Shown here: in pieces, positions 24,070-35,195 of the stretch
Layout: each line of letters starts with the position of its first letter
Position numbering within the stretch: position 1 is the first letter of the stretch
From: Takakia lepidozioides
Lineage: Eukaryota > Plantae > Bryophyta
Direction: 5' to 3'
Assembly: GCA_030704615.1 (NCBI GenBank)
Contig: CM060731.1
Span: 10,788,001 to 10,852,000 of the forward strand
DNA: 64,000 nt
Notes under the pieces: generated by a model
Database searches by the model: none
Told to the model about the DNA's origin: nothing
What the model saw: only the letters and a program-made list of their open reading frames with translations
Position numbers and translations under genes: made by a program

Positions 24070-25532
24070 TTTTTGAAGTTGAAGAAGGGGTCCGGTAGGC
24101 TTTTTGCAATTTCTGCAATTCCGACAATGATATGATAAATAATAATAAAACATATTGTTTGCATGTGTATACGGCTAGCGCAGTGGTATCAAGTGAGAAT
24201 TTGGTAGGGCAAGTATGGAGGTCGATATGTGGGACATTCGGCCCTGGAAGGGCTTTAATTTAAATTTTTTTTCCGGCAGTCTGCTTTGCATTTCATTATC
24301 ATCGGAGAGCGTAGGCAGATATGGTAGACAATTCTTTTGCCAAAACTATTATTAATTTATGTGTTAAACATTGTTGGCACATTAGTTCTCCGCATAACAT
24401 TGAGCATGATTGGTTAAACCCAACAATGTTATTGGAGACTTCTTAAGGCACGGGTTGTACTTTTTGCTCTTGGATGTGTTATACGTGTGGTACAAGCACC
24501 CAATTCAAAAAATTGGTGATTCTTTTTATATCATACTTGTACATCAACTACCATGTAAGGTAGGTGGGTTACCTTTATAATACTAAGTTGGTTTTGCCAT
24601 GACACATTATAGTGACAAACTAAGATGTAAGTCCACCAAGTAATGTTGACATGTTTATATTAACCAAAACCTATTGGACGTTGCAAGTCTAATAGTCAAT
24701 TATTTACCTTGACCCATTAGTTGGCTGCAATAGCTTTTTAAGCATATGAAAGTTCGACATGGAACACAAAGTACACTCAAATAAGATAGTTATATGCTCA
24801 GTGAGTATCATTGTCAACTAACATAGTTCTTTCAGATTTTTTGAGTGGATGTTTGCAAGACTTTCTTATTCAGTGAACTTCTTCCAAATACATGTTGAGC
24901 TTCGACTTGGATGCCAGCATAATCATCATTATCAAAACAAATTAATTTGAACTATGTTTGGAACTTCATGCTTTGCAGTGACCTAGAGTTGCAGCCATAC
25001 ACACATTAAAATATGGTGCAAATACTTTCAGCGGATGTTACATATACATAAAAGTACTATTGGTTTTTCCTCTTTATCTTTGTGCCTATGTTGAGGGGGG
25101 AGCATTGGAGCATTTAAATATTGGGGGCACCGTCATCACTGAATTTGACAAAATATGGATATTTTGTATAAATGACTCTCCTGGTATCTGTTTCTTTGAG
25201 GTCTACAAATAAAAGTCACCAATAAATAAATAAATAAGGGTCCCAAATCCTAGCAGGGGATGTTCCTAAAGGTCGAAAAAGGGGAGAAGATTGGACCGGC
25301 CACTGGGGATGGAAGGCAAGCCTATTGGAATGGGTGAAGGACGAGGACAGCTGTAAGGGATAGCATGAAGTAGGAGGGTGGGCCTGCTCATAGTTCTAGA
25401 GCATTTGTTCTCCACCACCGCCTTGATATATTTATATATATGACGCCAGCCGGAGCTAGCGTAAATAAGAGCCTCTTCCCTTTGCAGGTACTGCCCCCTT
25501 TCGGGGGTGGGCTCTATCAGAACCAGAACCCG

Positions 25533-26190
25533 TTACGTAGTGGCAAGCTGGCCACTTTCAATCTCTCTTTTGTTGAGGATTAAGGCTGTAAGTGACGTAA
25601 TAGTTGTGTAGTATAGGGTGCGTAGGAGTGGGGTGATGTATTTTAACGAAAGTTTGAGGTTTTCTTTGAGAACCTGAGTGATGTGGCAATGTGCTCCCCC
25701 TCTGACACCAGCGGTAATGATAGTCAAAGGCGCGGTATTCCATCCATGGTAATGAAGGGCTAAGATGAGCGGTTCATATTTTTCACGTTTAAACATAATT
25801 GATTGGTTAGGGTCTCTATCATGACAAAATGTAAATTCTATTATATGAATGGTAAGGGAGGGATGTGGACCTGTTGGTATCGTTGATGAAAGAGGTAGTC
25901 CATTGATAAGTAGAATATCAGGGCATGACCTTGCTAGACAACGACATGGGATATAGAGACATGTGCATGGTAGAAACCATAGAGGTATTGTGTGGTCCGG
26001 TGGTCTACCTTGAAACGTATCTGCATTGATGAGGTTAAACCATCTGGATTAGTATGTGACAGAAGAAGTTTTTGAAGATGCCAAACTCCTTGGTTGTGTC
26101 TGGTTATATGTCATCCATGGAGTATGGGGTGCTTACAATGGAGAAGCAAGTGTGGCCATATGTCTACTTTGGGGGGTCAGTGTGTGTGCC
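25533..26190 (-). mobile_element. 3' fragment of a non-LTR retrotransposon with a restriction-like endonuclease (RLE), decayed
   Basis: Zinc-knuckle end WPHLLLHCKHP, RHN motif (ITRHNQGVW), PDILLI, IIEFTFCHD..K..KY, TAGVRG: the RLE C-terminal signature. In-frame stop and frameshifts. Confidence 0.8.
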
Positions 26191-26194
26191 TTGA

Positions 26195-26320
26195 TATAGT
26201 ATATAACGAGGGTAAAGGCTAAACTCTACATGGTTCCTTCTGGCTCCACCTCACTTAGGTGGGCTTTGCAAGCAGGGCCTCTTAAGAAAAAAAGTTGGAA
26301 GTTGGAACCTAAACCATCTT
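26195..26320. repeat. Dispersed ~125-bp repeat (second copy ~59855-59970)
   Basis: Both loci share ATATAA..AGGGTAAAGG...GGTGGGCT(T/C)TGCAAGCAGGGCC(C)TCTTA. Confidence 0.65.
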
Positions 26321-28236
26321 CAAATGAATAGAAATGAATTTGGAAAAGACTTTTGTGTGCTAGATCTCATCTCATGCCAAATAATCTAATCGTGTGGTTG
26401 GCTTGCATGTTTTCATTTTATGGGTAAGGATGCTGCCATATGTCACTGACCCAAACTTGGCACTTGGTCAGGGCTTTCCAAAGCTGTACTGCATTTTATT
26501 GGCTCCTCACCACGCATCAGTGCCAAAATGGGGGTAGATCCTGATATGCCTTCACCGGAAAACACCCAAACTTCACATATATACCTTCACTAGTTACATT
26601 GCTATTTATATTAATGAGCATCAAATATTGATTTGTATTTATTTTTGTTTTTGTGAAATATATTCTTAACCAGTAACAGCCATTGGGAAATGGCTGGAGA
26701 CCAGTGAAAGCTTCTTCCATTTCTTCCCTGCTCTCATGTTAGCAAAACCCTGGCCTTCGTTGGCCTTCGTCGTCCTGCCCCTGGGAGCAGAGATGAGTGC
26801 CATATGTATAGTTTGTGTGGGGAGCCTGGCCTTTGGACTTCTTAAAGGAGGAAAGGGCGGAACGCTTGGCAGGACGACTTGAGTGACGGTGCGAGGCCAA
26901 CAACTTGTGCACAGTAAGTAGCTTCCTTGTTGATCCTCTTGTGGTTGTTGATATGGTCAGCCTTTGTGCTGCTGTTTATCTTCTCTACACTTGTAATGGG
27001 CTGGGAGTGGTCCGATGCCGCTGCGAAGTTTGACCTCCGTTCTAAGTTATAACTAAAACCCTCCAAATTAGGGCGGCCCCCGCTGACCTTACTCAGGAAT
27101 ATAGACAATATGGCTTGGATTCCCTTTATGTGTGGAGTGGTTCAACTGCTGGGCTACACAACAAGTTGAAGACCCGCAAGACCTAGGTTTTTGTCCAAGT
27201 TATTGTTGTGTGTGTTGATCTATACTGTCCTTTTGGTGAGTCCCTGCAAATCTTCTACTTTGGCGGATTGCAGGGTGTGTAATATCAACTCCAGCAATCG
27301 TGTCAAGCAATGTCTGTATATATGTTTGTATGTTTGTATCTGTATCGGAGGATATGTATGTTGTTCAATACCACTTACTAGTCGAAATGGAAACCGGTCA
27401 CTTACAGCAAACCAAATTATTTCGCATTTTCGAGGAGGATATCAGAAATCAGGTCTGAAGTTTCAACCATATTTTTTGTCATTTTCATCTTTGTTATGTG
27501 TGTAATGCTCTCTCTGGGCCTTCCGTGGACGTAAGAAATTTCTTGAATGGCAGAAGCCTTCAGCTTTTAGGACTAGAAGTGCCTGGCAGCCTACCTGCAA
27601 AAGGCACGTCTTTTTGGAGTGATATTTCTTACTTTGTGCCATTTCTTTTTTTCTTCTCTCTCCTTTCTCTCGTGCTTTGTTAGTATCCCTTGCGTATTGC
27701 TGCACTGTTGGTAAAAACACTTGGAGATTAATTCTACATCAACGTACATAATTCATTCAGCATCGGAAAGTTGCATAACAGTGGGAAATGGGGAGTCAAC
27801 ATGAGGTGGTAGGTCTTGGGTACCTCATTTTACCATAACTGCTTGATATCCAACGATGAGCGGTATGTTCGGAACTAGCCAGACATCCATTGGAGCTTGC
27901 AGAAAGTTAATTATACAAGATTTCAGGGATGTAACCTTGAATTTGAGAGATCAATTATTCAAGGAAGTCATTCATGCAGATGTTACACATCCAAGTTGCG
28001 GCAAGAGGTGATAATATCGGCAGAACAGGGGCAGCCTCCACAAATGGAAAGTAGTGGGGCGCTCTTTGCCAGCACCTCATTTTGTGTGGGCTCTCTAAAT
28101 TATGGATAGACACCTCCTCTCTGAATTGCTTGTGGTTTGTTATGGTTGGACCAGCCATCACCATTATCTGTTTTGCTGCCACCATTGCAGAGAGAGCATT
28201 GGACTGTTGACAGAATTATTATTGGGAAGACCCTGG

Positions 28237-28350
28237 TATTTCAGTATTTCAGTATCTCAGTATTTCAGCCAGATTTTCAGCAAGTATTTTAATATTTCAG
28301 CTAGTTATTCTCAATATTTTAGTTAGTATTTCAACAAGCATTTCAATAAT
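28237..28350. repeat. Degenerate 8-bp tandem repeat (TATTTCAG)n
   Basis: TATTTCAGTATTTCAGTATCTCAGTATTTCAG... decaying rightwards. Confidence 0.75.
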
Positions 28351-29224
28351 TTAATAATTAAATATCATTTTTGCATTATCATACATGATTACTTTATTCA
28401 TACATCCATAAAGTTCTGCCAGGCCCTGAGTCTGCTCCCGGCTTTATAAATGAATAAATAAATAAATGTTCCTCTTATGCCGAACATGTTTAAAATATAT
28501 ATGAAAATAGAACATGCAAAACATGCTCTTATGCAGGCTTAAAATATAAATTACAATCAAGGGTTTTAATTTTTTTCCCTTCAAATAATCTGTAATAGAG
28601 TTCAATCCAGGGCTTCTGCCCCTGTTTACCAAGTAGTGAATACGTAATTATCTTATCTCAATAACATTTTAAGGAAATTTTCTACTTGGAGTTTTAGGAG
28701 TCTTAGGGTGGAGCCATTACACGACTAGCCGCTTGTTTTTATTTGACTGAAGAGATGATAAAGGCCATTGAAGGCGAGAAAAGCAAGCGGCTAGTTCCTT
28801 ATGGCCTCAGTCCTGTTTGTGAACAGTGGAATCTACTTTCATCCATGATACACTTGAAAATTCATCCATTTACTTTTCAATAAGGTATTCAATTACAAGA
28901 GAGATGTTACTTGAGGAAGGTGTTACCTACCTGAAGAAGGCACAACATGGAAGTAATTAAGTATAGGAGGTGACACCTAGGAAGACACAACCGGGCTTGG
29001 CGATTTTTGACACAGTTGCCTGGTCAACAAAAAACAAATACTAAAAGGGCCATAAAGCACAGACATCGTACGCGACATCGTACGCGGTGAGGGCGAACCC
29101 CACAAATAGAAAAACAGGCCAAGTGGTCAAGTGGTGAAAGGCATACCTATGCAGCATAGAAGCCCGCAGCGTGCAGCACGGCAGGGCCCAGTGACCACCA
29201 CGAGGACACGACATTACCAACCAG

Positions 29225-31080
29225 CTACAGTGGGTAATGGGGGGAGAGCCAAAGCATATTAGCAAAGTAGCCATCAAAAGCTAAGGCGGGCTGAATGCGA
29301 TTTGCCGAGGTGTTTCCAATTGATTTCACGCTGGAATTTATAATTTCTGAGACCAGGAATCGTTTAAGCATGCTGCTGGCGGAGCGCTTGAGCATACGAT
29401 ATATACAGTGGTTTCCAGGGGATTTTGCTGGACGTCTGCAAGAAGTTGAGCCCAAGCAAGGAAAGGCTGTTTGGTAGTTTAGTAACAGGTTAATGTGCGG
29501 TTGGCGGGTTGAGAAGCCAAGTTCTGCGATCCAGGGCCTGATATTCTGTGGAATATGGTACAATGCAGCTGGAGGCAGTGTTCCAATGATTCCGAGATTC
29601 CTAGATGGCAACATTTGCATAGGAGTGCTTCTGCAAATTGGAGGCAGACATCTACTTTTACCATACAATTCGCAATTTGTCATGAACGCGCTCTGCTTGG
29701 CCGGTCTCGATTTGGCTCAGGTTAGGCTCCAAATCGGGCCCCAGTTTCCTTCCAGGACCTCGAAATTAGCCCATTTGTTATCCCATTTCTGTTGGAGGTT
29801 AGGGAGCGGTACGCATTTATTACCGTGTATTGAAGGATGCCAAAAAAAATACCAAGTCCATTCTGCGGATCGATCTGTGTCCCCTTAAGGGCCGGCTCCC
29901 TCTACCAGAAAAAAGAGCTGGAGAAGAGCCATGCTGAAGGTTAAAGTGTCTCTGGGCAAATAGGGTTTGTTTCTTTGCCTGGGGAAGACCATAGACACTC
30001 TCGAACTGGCCTCCTGTGAAGTGGTGTGCTTGTATAGAGGTAAACATACATATATCCTCATTCTCTTCCCATATTTCTTACGGCTTGGCCTCATGAATGA
30101 ATAAATCGTCATTTCTAACAAACTGCCAAAATCAAATGCAAGCGAAAATCGAGGAAGTTCTATGGGCAAATCCGTGGTCTGGGTACTCGCACAACCTTCA
30201 TCGATATTCTTCGGATCTTCTTCCAAGATGAACTCGGGATGAACTCATTGTAGTGAGCTTGTCAGCGTCGAGGGAGCAACTCGATCCTTTCACGGTTTGG
30301 TTCTTCACTGTGAACTCTGGAAGTAGGTACGTCTTGAAAGTCTGACATGCATCATGAGAATTGAGTCCGTGTTATAACCAATTTTAAGAGAGTCTAACGA
30401 AAATATATGAAGCTGGAGTCTTTTAAAATGGAAATCCTAATGTATTAATTTGTCTAGAGATACCTGTGAGACTTGAGGATTTAAAACAAGTCAAAATTAC
30501 GAGACAAGTCTCCCTGCGGCCATCCGATAAACTGGTAAGTTCAAGAGCTACCCAACGAGAGGTTTCCAATATCAAAATGGCCAACATCAATTTACATTTC
30601 CTGGAGACAAATCAATTTAAGAAAACAGTTCTTTCATGTCTTTACAGTTACCAGTAAAACCTTGAAACCATGCTCAGAGGTCACATCACCAAAAACTTGT
30701 TTCACTAGGATGAAGTCCTGTAAGTTGTGAACAGATAAGTCGCAGATAAGTAGCTGGCCCTGGCCCTTGCAAGTGAGAAGTGTCACTGAACTTCTGGGCA
30801 GGATGTGTATATGCGTAACCTCTCTACCAGGTGCCAGCAACAATATCATGAGCCAAGTAGTGTCTTATACGCCCCTCTATCTTTTTCAGCTCAAGTCTGT
30901 GAAGCTGGATTTTGAGAATATTGAGGAGAGTCACTGCTGTGAGTTTTCTCCCAAAAACGTTTCTCCCCAATTGAGCATAAAAAGTGCGACTGCCTCTACA
31001 CCGCGCCTTTATATAATTTTCTGGGTTTTGGAGGCTCAAGACAGCTATAAGCCCAGTGCGTCCACCTCGTCTGACGACTA
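29225..31080 (-). mobile_element. Highly decayed L1-like LINE ORF2 C-terminal region (post-RT region and zf-RVT-like finger)
   Basis: Fragments LKKIEGRIRHYL, CKGQGQLLICDL..N..ILVKQVF (resembles PK..GGLGIRDL), WGPIWSLT.AKSRPAKQSAF and CKCCHLGISESLEHCL (C2C..ES.EH). Confidence 0.5.
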
Positions 31081-31866
31081 CATTATCTGAGATACTTATC
31101 CCATCGGTGCTGCAAGATCATGTTCAGTCTATGTAGGCTTGAATCGATCGATCCTGAGCCGGAAAGAATCACAGCCGTGGGATTCATGGACGGCTCCGGA
31201 CTGTTGCGCACAGCTCCCACATTTGAATATGTGACACGGTCACATGCCCAAACGGTGGGTCCACCCCCTAATCTCTTCCTTTCCCCTGCGGGGCCCTGCT
31301 TTCCATGGAACCATATTGATCAAACAACAACGCTATACAGGCGAGTATAAATGTTGCCAACTTAGAATTCTGGAAATTCTGTGATCAGTACTAAAGTCAG
31401 AGCACAGTATGTTGTATGAGATCCAAGATTGGGCAGCGGTTCACGAACAAGCATCAATTCAACTCGCAAGGATGCAAGCCCACTGCAAGGCTCCCAAAGT
31501 TGGCCTGATCAAAATACTGTTTCCTGCCATCAAATTAGAGTGACCTCGACTTGGGTAGTCTTCAGTCACTGAGGTATGCAGAGAATATGCCTCCCAAGGC
31601 CTATTGTTGTTTGTGACAACTATGGAGGTTTCCATCCTCTACTCTCTTTGCAAGCGTAGAGGATCTCGATGTTCTTCGGACCGTCTAATGCTGTTAACCA
31701 CACACTAGTCGTGCTCATTTATTACTGTGAATGCAAATTACAAACTAGTTGTGATCTTGACGCAAACATCAGGCCTACGTCTTTCCGTTATTCTAAGGTG
31801 ACATGGAACACCGAGAATTATCCTGTATTTGGTGTAAGATTTGGCTACGTATCTAGATCTACACCT

Positions 31867-33020
31867 CTAGCGACGGCAGACAATTCCTCCTGTCTTGCTG
31901 ATTCCAGTGTTACCGCACATTGTGCGGTAGGTTGGCAAAGCCAGCATATTGGGCATAGCTGGATCTGAAGAAAACTGGCTTACTTTGCAATCCGTAGACA
32001 TAAGGGACGTGGATGAAAATTTATCGTTACCTCCCATGATAGGCATGGGCACATTTCTCTTCACTGGGTTCTTGAAGCCTGGCTGGTAGGTCTGTCCCAT
32101 GACACCATCCACAGTCGCGGACAGATTGAAGAAGTTGAATTGCATGTCCAGATGAGCGAAGCAATCGTCCTCGGTAATCTGGTAGTTGTGAACCTTGCTT
32201 TCCTTCTCAGTGACAGGCACTGCACTTACAGACACTGCCATCAACTCCTTGATACTCACATACACACTGTTGGTGTCAGTGATGCGCTCCACAGATACTT
32301 CAGCGTCAGCGGAGGTCCAGATAGAACCCTGGCCTTCAGAGATGAAGAAAGGCATGCCGTCGTAAGAGAACAAGAGCAATTGTCTCATCCCATTTACTCA
32401 CAATCCTAGCCTCGACACTGAGTTTGTGGGAGCCAAACACAAAGCCAAGGGCCTGCACCCATGTGTAATCACGTGTCCTCCCCTCGGGCCTCTTGCCAAT
32501 AAAATGAGCGTTGATGTGAAGGTTGCGGTCAGAGACTAGACAGAAATCCTGGTCTTTCTTCCCATGGAAATAGAACATCACACCGTCTCCACCAATGATG
32601 CGGGGGTCGTAGCATATGGCTCCTAAACTGTGGCACAAAGACTTGCGATCTGCAAAACAGAGCACGAAACGCCCATACACATGTTCATTGCCACTTATAA
32701 TGTACATATGTCCTAGCGCCTCGATGACTCTGCCCAGCATGTACATTGGAACACGAGTTCAAGTTACACTGGAAGAGGAAAGAGAGTGATACTAACGTTT
32801 GCAGGTGGCCTCGCAGCTCTCGTCACAGTCACCAGCAGGCCCTCCCGTCACGTTCACGTAACAGGCGTTTCGGACACCTGTCGGGGCATTCGATCTTCTT
32901 ACCCTGGCATTAGGAGTCCTTGGAGCAAGTCATATCATCATTTGCCATAGTCTGTACCACTAGCACGGACAGTAAAACCATCGCTATCCGGCTGAGCCAT
33001 ATCTAGACGTAGACATTGCT
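31867..33020 (-). pseudogene. Root-cap / LEA-related protein (Root_cap family) pseudogene, intron 32650-32796
   Basis: CEATCK|HRKSLC..CYDPRIIGGDGVMFYFHGKKDQDFCLVSD..HINAHFIG, DDCFAHLDMQF..VDGVMGQTY..MPIMGG. Lesions: in-frame TAA and a frameshift in exon 1, and a frameshift at ~32385. TATATAA upstream near 33125. Confidence 0.88.
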
Positions 33021-33989
33021 GGTCACGACACTTGCTTGGTTCTCAAGTCTGGATCAGTGGATGGTAGAAGCAGGACTTGAGAGTAGCTGCCGGATTGCAA
33101 TGAGATGGGGGATGGGCCACCGCCTTATATACTGATCCTAAGCGTGCTTTCCTAAAGGTTTACTGGGACGACATTTGTCTAGTTACAGCTACAGCTTGAA
33201 AGTACATCAAACTTGTACTGAACATGAGAAATAAGGTACTATCTAGATCTTACGAACACTATTCTACACTGAAGATGCAGCAGGTACTTGGCATTTACTT
33301 ATCGAAAATAACGAGAAATTTTCTCGAAATTCCAGCGCAGAAAGATGGCTCCACGAGAGTTTCTACCTTGATTTTGACTGTACAGCCAATTTCTAAGTGA
33401 GATCCCAATTAGACTACATTGTTCACGCTGTGTGGAATAGATTCCTCGTAATCTCCATTTGAGGCCAAAATCTAAAGTTTGTCCACATTATTAGTAAGGT
33501 GCTGAACGTGCCAGTCGGCAGCCATGTCCTCCACCAACATCGTGTCGGTATTGGGCATCCTATGTACAGCACATAACGCAACAACAGCCTCTTGCGAAAA
33601 AGCTCCTGTATGTAAAGTCAAAATTGGTGCAGGCTCAGCAGAAATTCTAGGACGTGCTCAAGGTAGATATAAAAGTCAACTTCCAGGATCAAATCCGAAG
33701 GTGTACATCCATTATTAGTGGAGTTTGATTAATGGGTTGCGAAAGAGGCTCAGCAGAGCTCTACGCAGTCCACTTCCAAGGGGTGTTATGTCACAGGCGT
33801 CACGAGTCCATATCTCAACACTCCCCGCCTAAAGCTCACATGTGCAGATGCTATGCGTACTGATTAGTCGAGGATCAAAGCTGCTTATAGAACAGAACCC
33901 TGAAGGTTTCATGATAAGTCGCATACATTTGACGTCTAAAATATAGATTTCGATCAAATCTGTGTTCCATCTACATGATTGGCATGTTT

Positions 33990-35195
33990 GCACGTGCGAT
34001 GTGACCGGTGGGCCCCGCGCACGGACGCCCGGCTCCCCAGCACCCCGCCCGCCCCGCCCGCCGCTGCGCGCGGTCGCCCAGCCGCGGGCGCGGCTGCAGC
34101 AACCGCGCCCACGCCCCCCTCCAGTCCGTCAGTCCGCTGTTGGCCAGTCCGCTGCCCAGCAGTCTGCTAGTCCGCTAGTCTGCCCGCCAGTCCGCTGGCC
34201 AGTCCCCTGCCATCCAGTCCGATGATGGCGCAGGATCGCCACCGTCCATTCCCATAACCCATCCGAGCCCTCCATTTTTAGGGCTGCAATTCAAACCTGC
34301 ATCCCTGCCGCCTGCCACTTGCCAGCAGCCGCGAACGTGCGCACTGTTCTCCTGACACGTTGTCGATCGTGTCTTGTACTGCGGCGCGTTTCTTGCATGT
34401 TCAGAAGCGTGTCCTTTGTACTGTATAGGGCATGGACGTGGAAGCAAAACCCGATGATATACTGATCACAGAAAGCCCGCTTATACGGCCTCTTTGACAA
34501 TGTTTGCAAACAGCAAAACCAGGACCCTTCAACAGGAAGGATCTCCATTGGAAGAGTGAGACGCAATATGGGTTTATGGGTGTGCGAGTGAATGTTGAAA
34601 AGGCCTGCATACCTTGGGATAGAGTTGGTGACTTCGTCTTGGGAGAGGAGAGTTTAGAGGACTACCCCACTCAGTTTTGGGTGAATGTCCATTCTAAAGT
34701 GGAACCCGGCTCGCGAAAAGCACCCAGAGCCAACACATTTCTGTCCAGTATTATGTGTACACCATCCTCAGTCCTTTTGACGTTTCATTGCATGTCTGTT
34801 GTCATTTTTTGTTTCACGAGTTCTCTGATTTTATGCTTCCTCAAGTCGTTGGATATCGATTTTAGAATTTTCTGTCCAGGTATCAATACTGCTACGGTCC
34901 TGATGACAAACGCACCGACAAAGCAATAGTGGAGGATCCAAAACAGATCGGACTGGATGGCAGCGGACTGGCGGGCAGACTGGCGGACTGGCAGACTGCT
35001 GGGCAACGGACTGGCGGATTGGAGGGCAGCGGACTCATGGGCGGGAGACTGGCCGCGCGGCGGATGGGGGCGCGGGCGCGGTTGTTGCAGCCGCGCCCGC
35101 AGCTGGGCGACCGCGCGCAGCGGCGGGCTGGGCGGGTGGGGTGCGGGGGACCCGGGCGTCCGTGCGCGGGGGCCCACCGGCCACATTGCACGTGC
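33990..35195 (+). mobile_element. Internally deleted Mutator-like (MULE) element: ~235-250-bp GC-rich terminal inverted repeats (33990-34223 / 34947-35195) around a transposase N-terminal fragment (34432-34946, intron 34755-34879)
   Basis: TIRs align as reverse complements (GCACGTGCGATGTGACCGGTGGGCCCC... / ...GGGGCCCACCGGCCACATTGCACGTGC). Internal peptide KDLHWK..ACIPWDRVGDFVLGEE..TQF..M|YQYCYGPDD resembles the N-terminus of plant MULE-derived SWIM proteins. No TSD seen. Confidence 0.75.
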
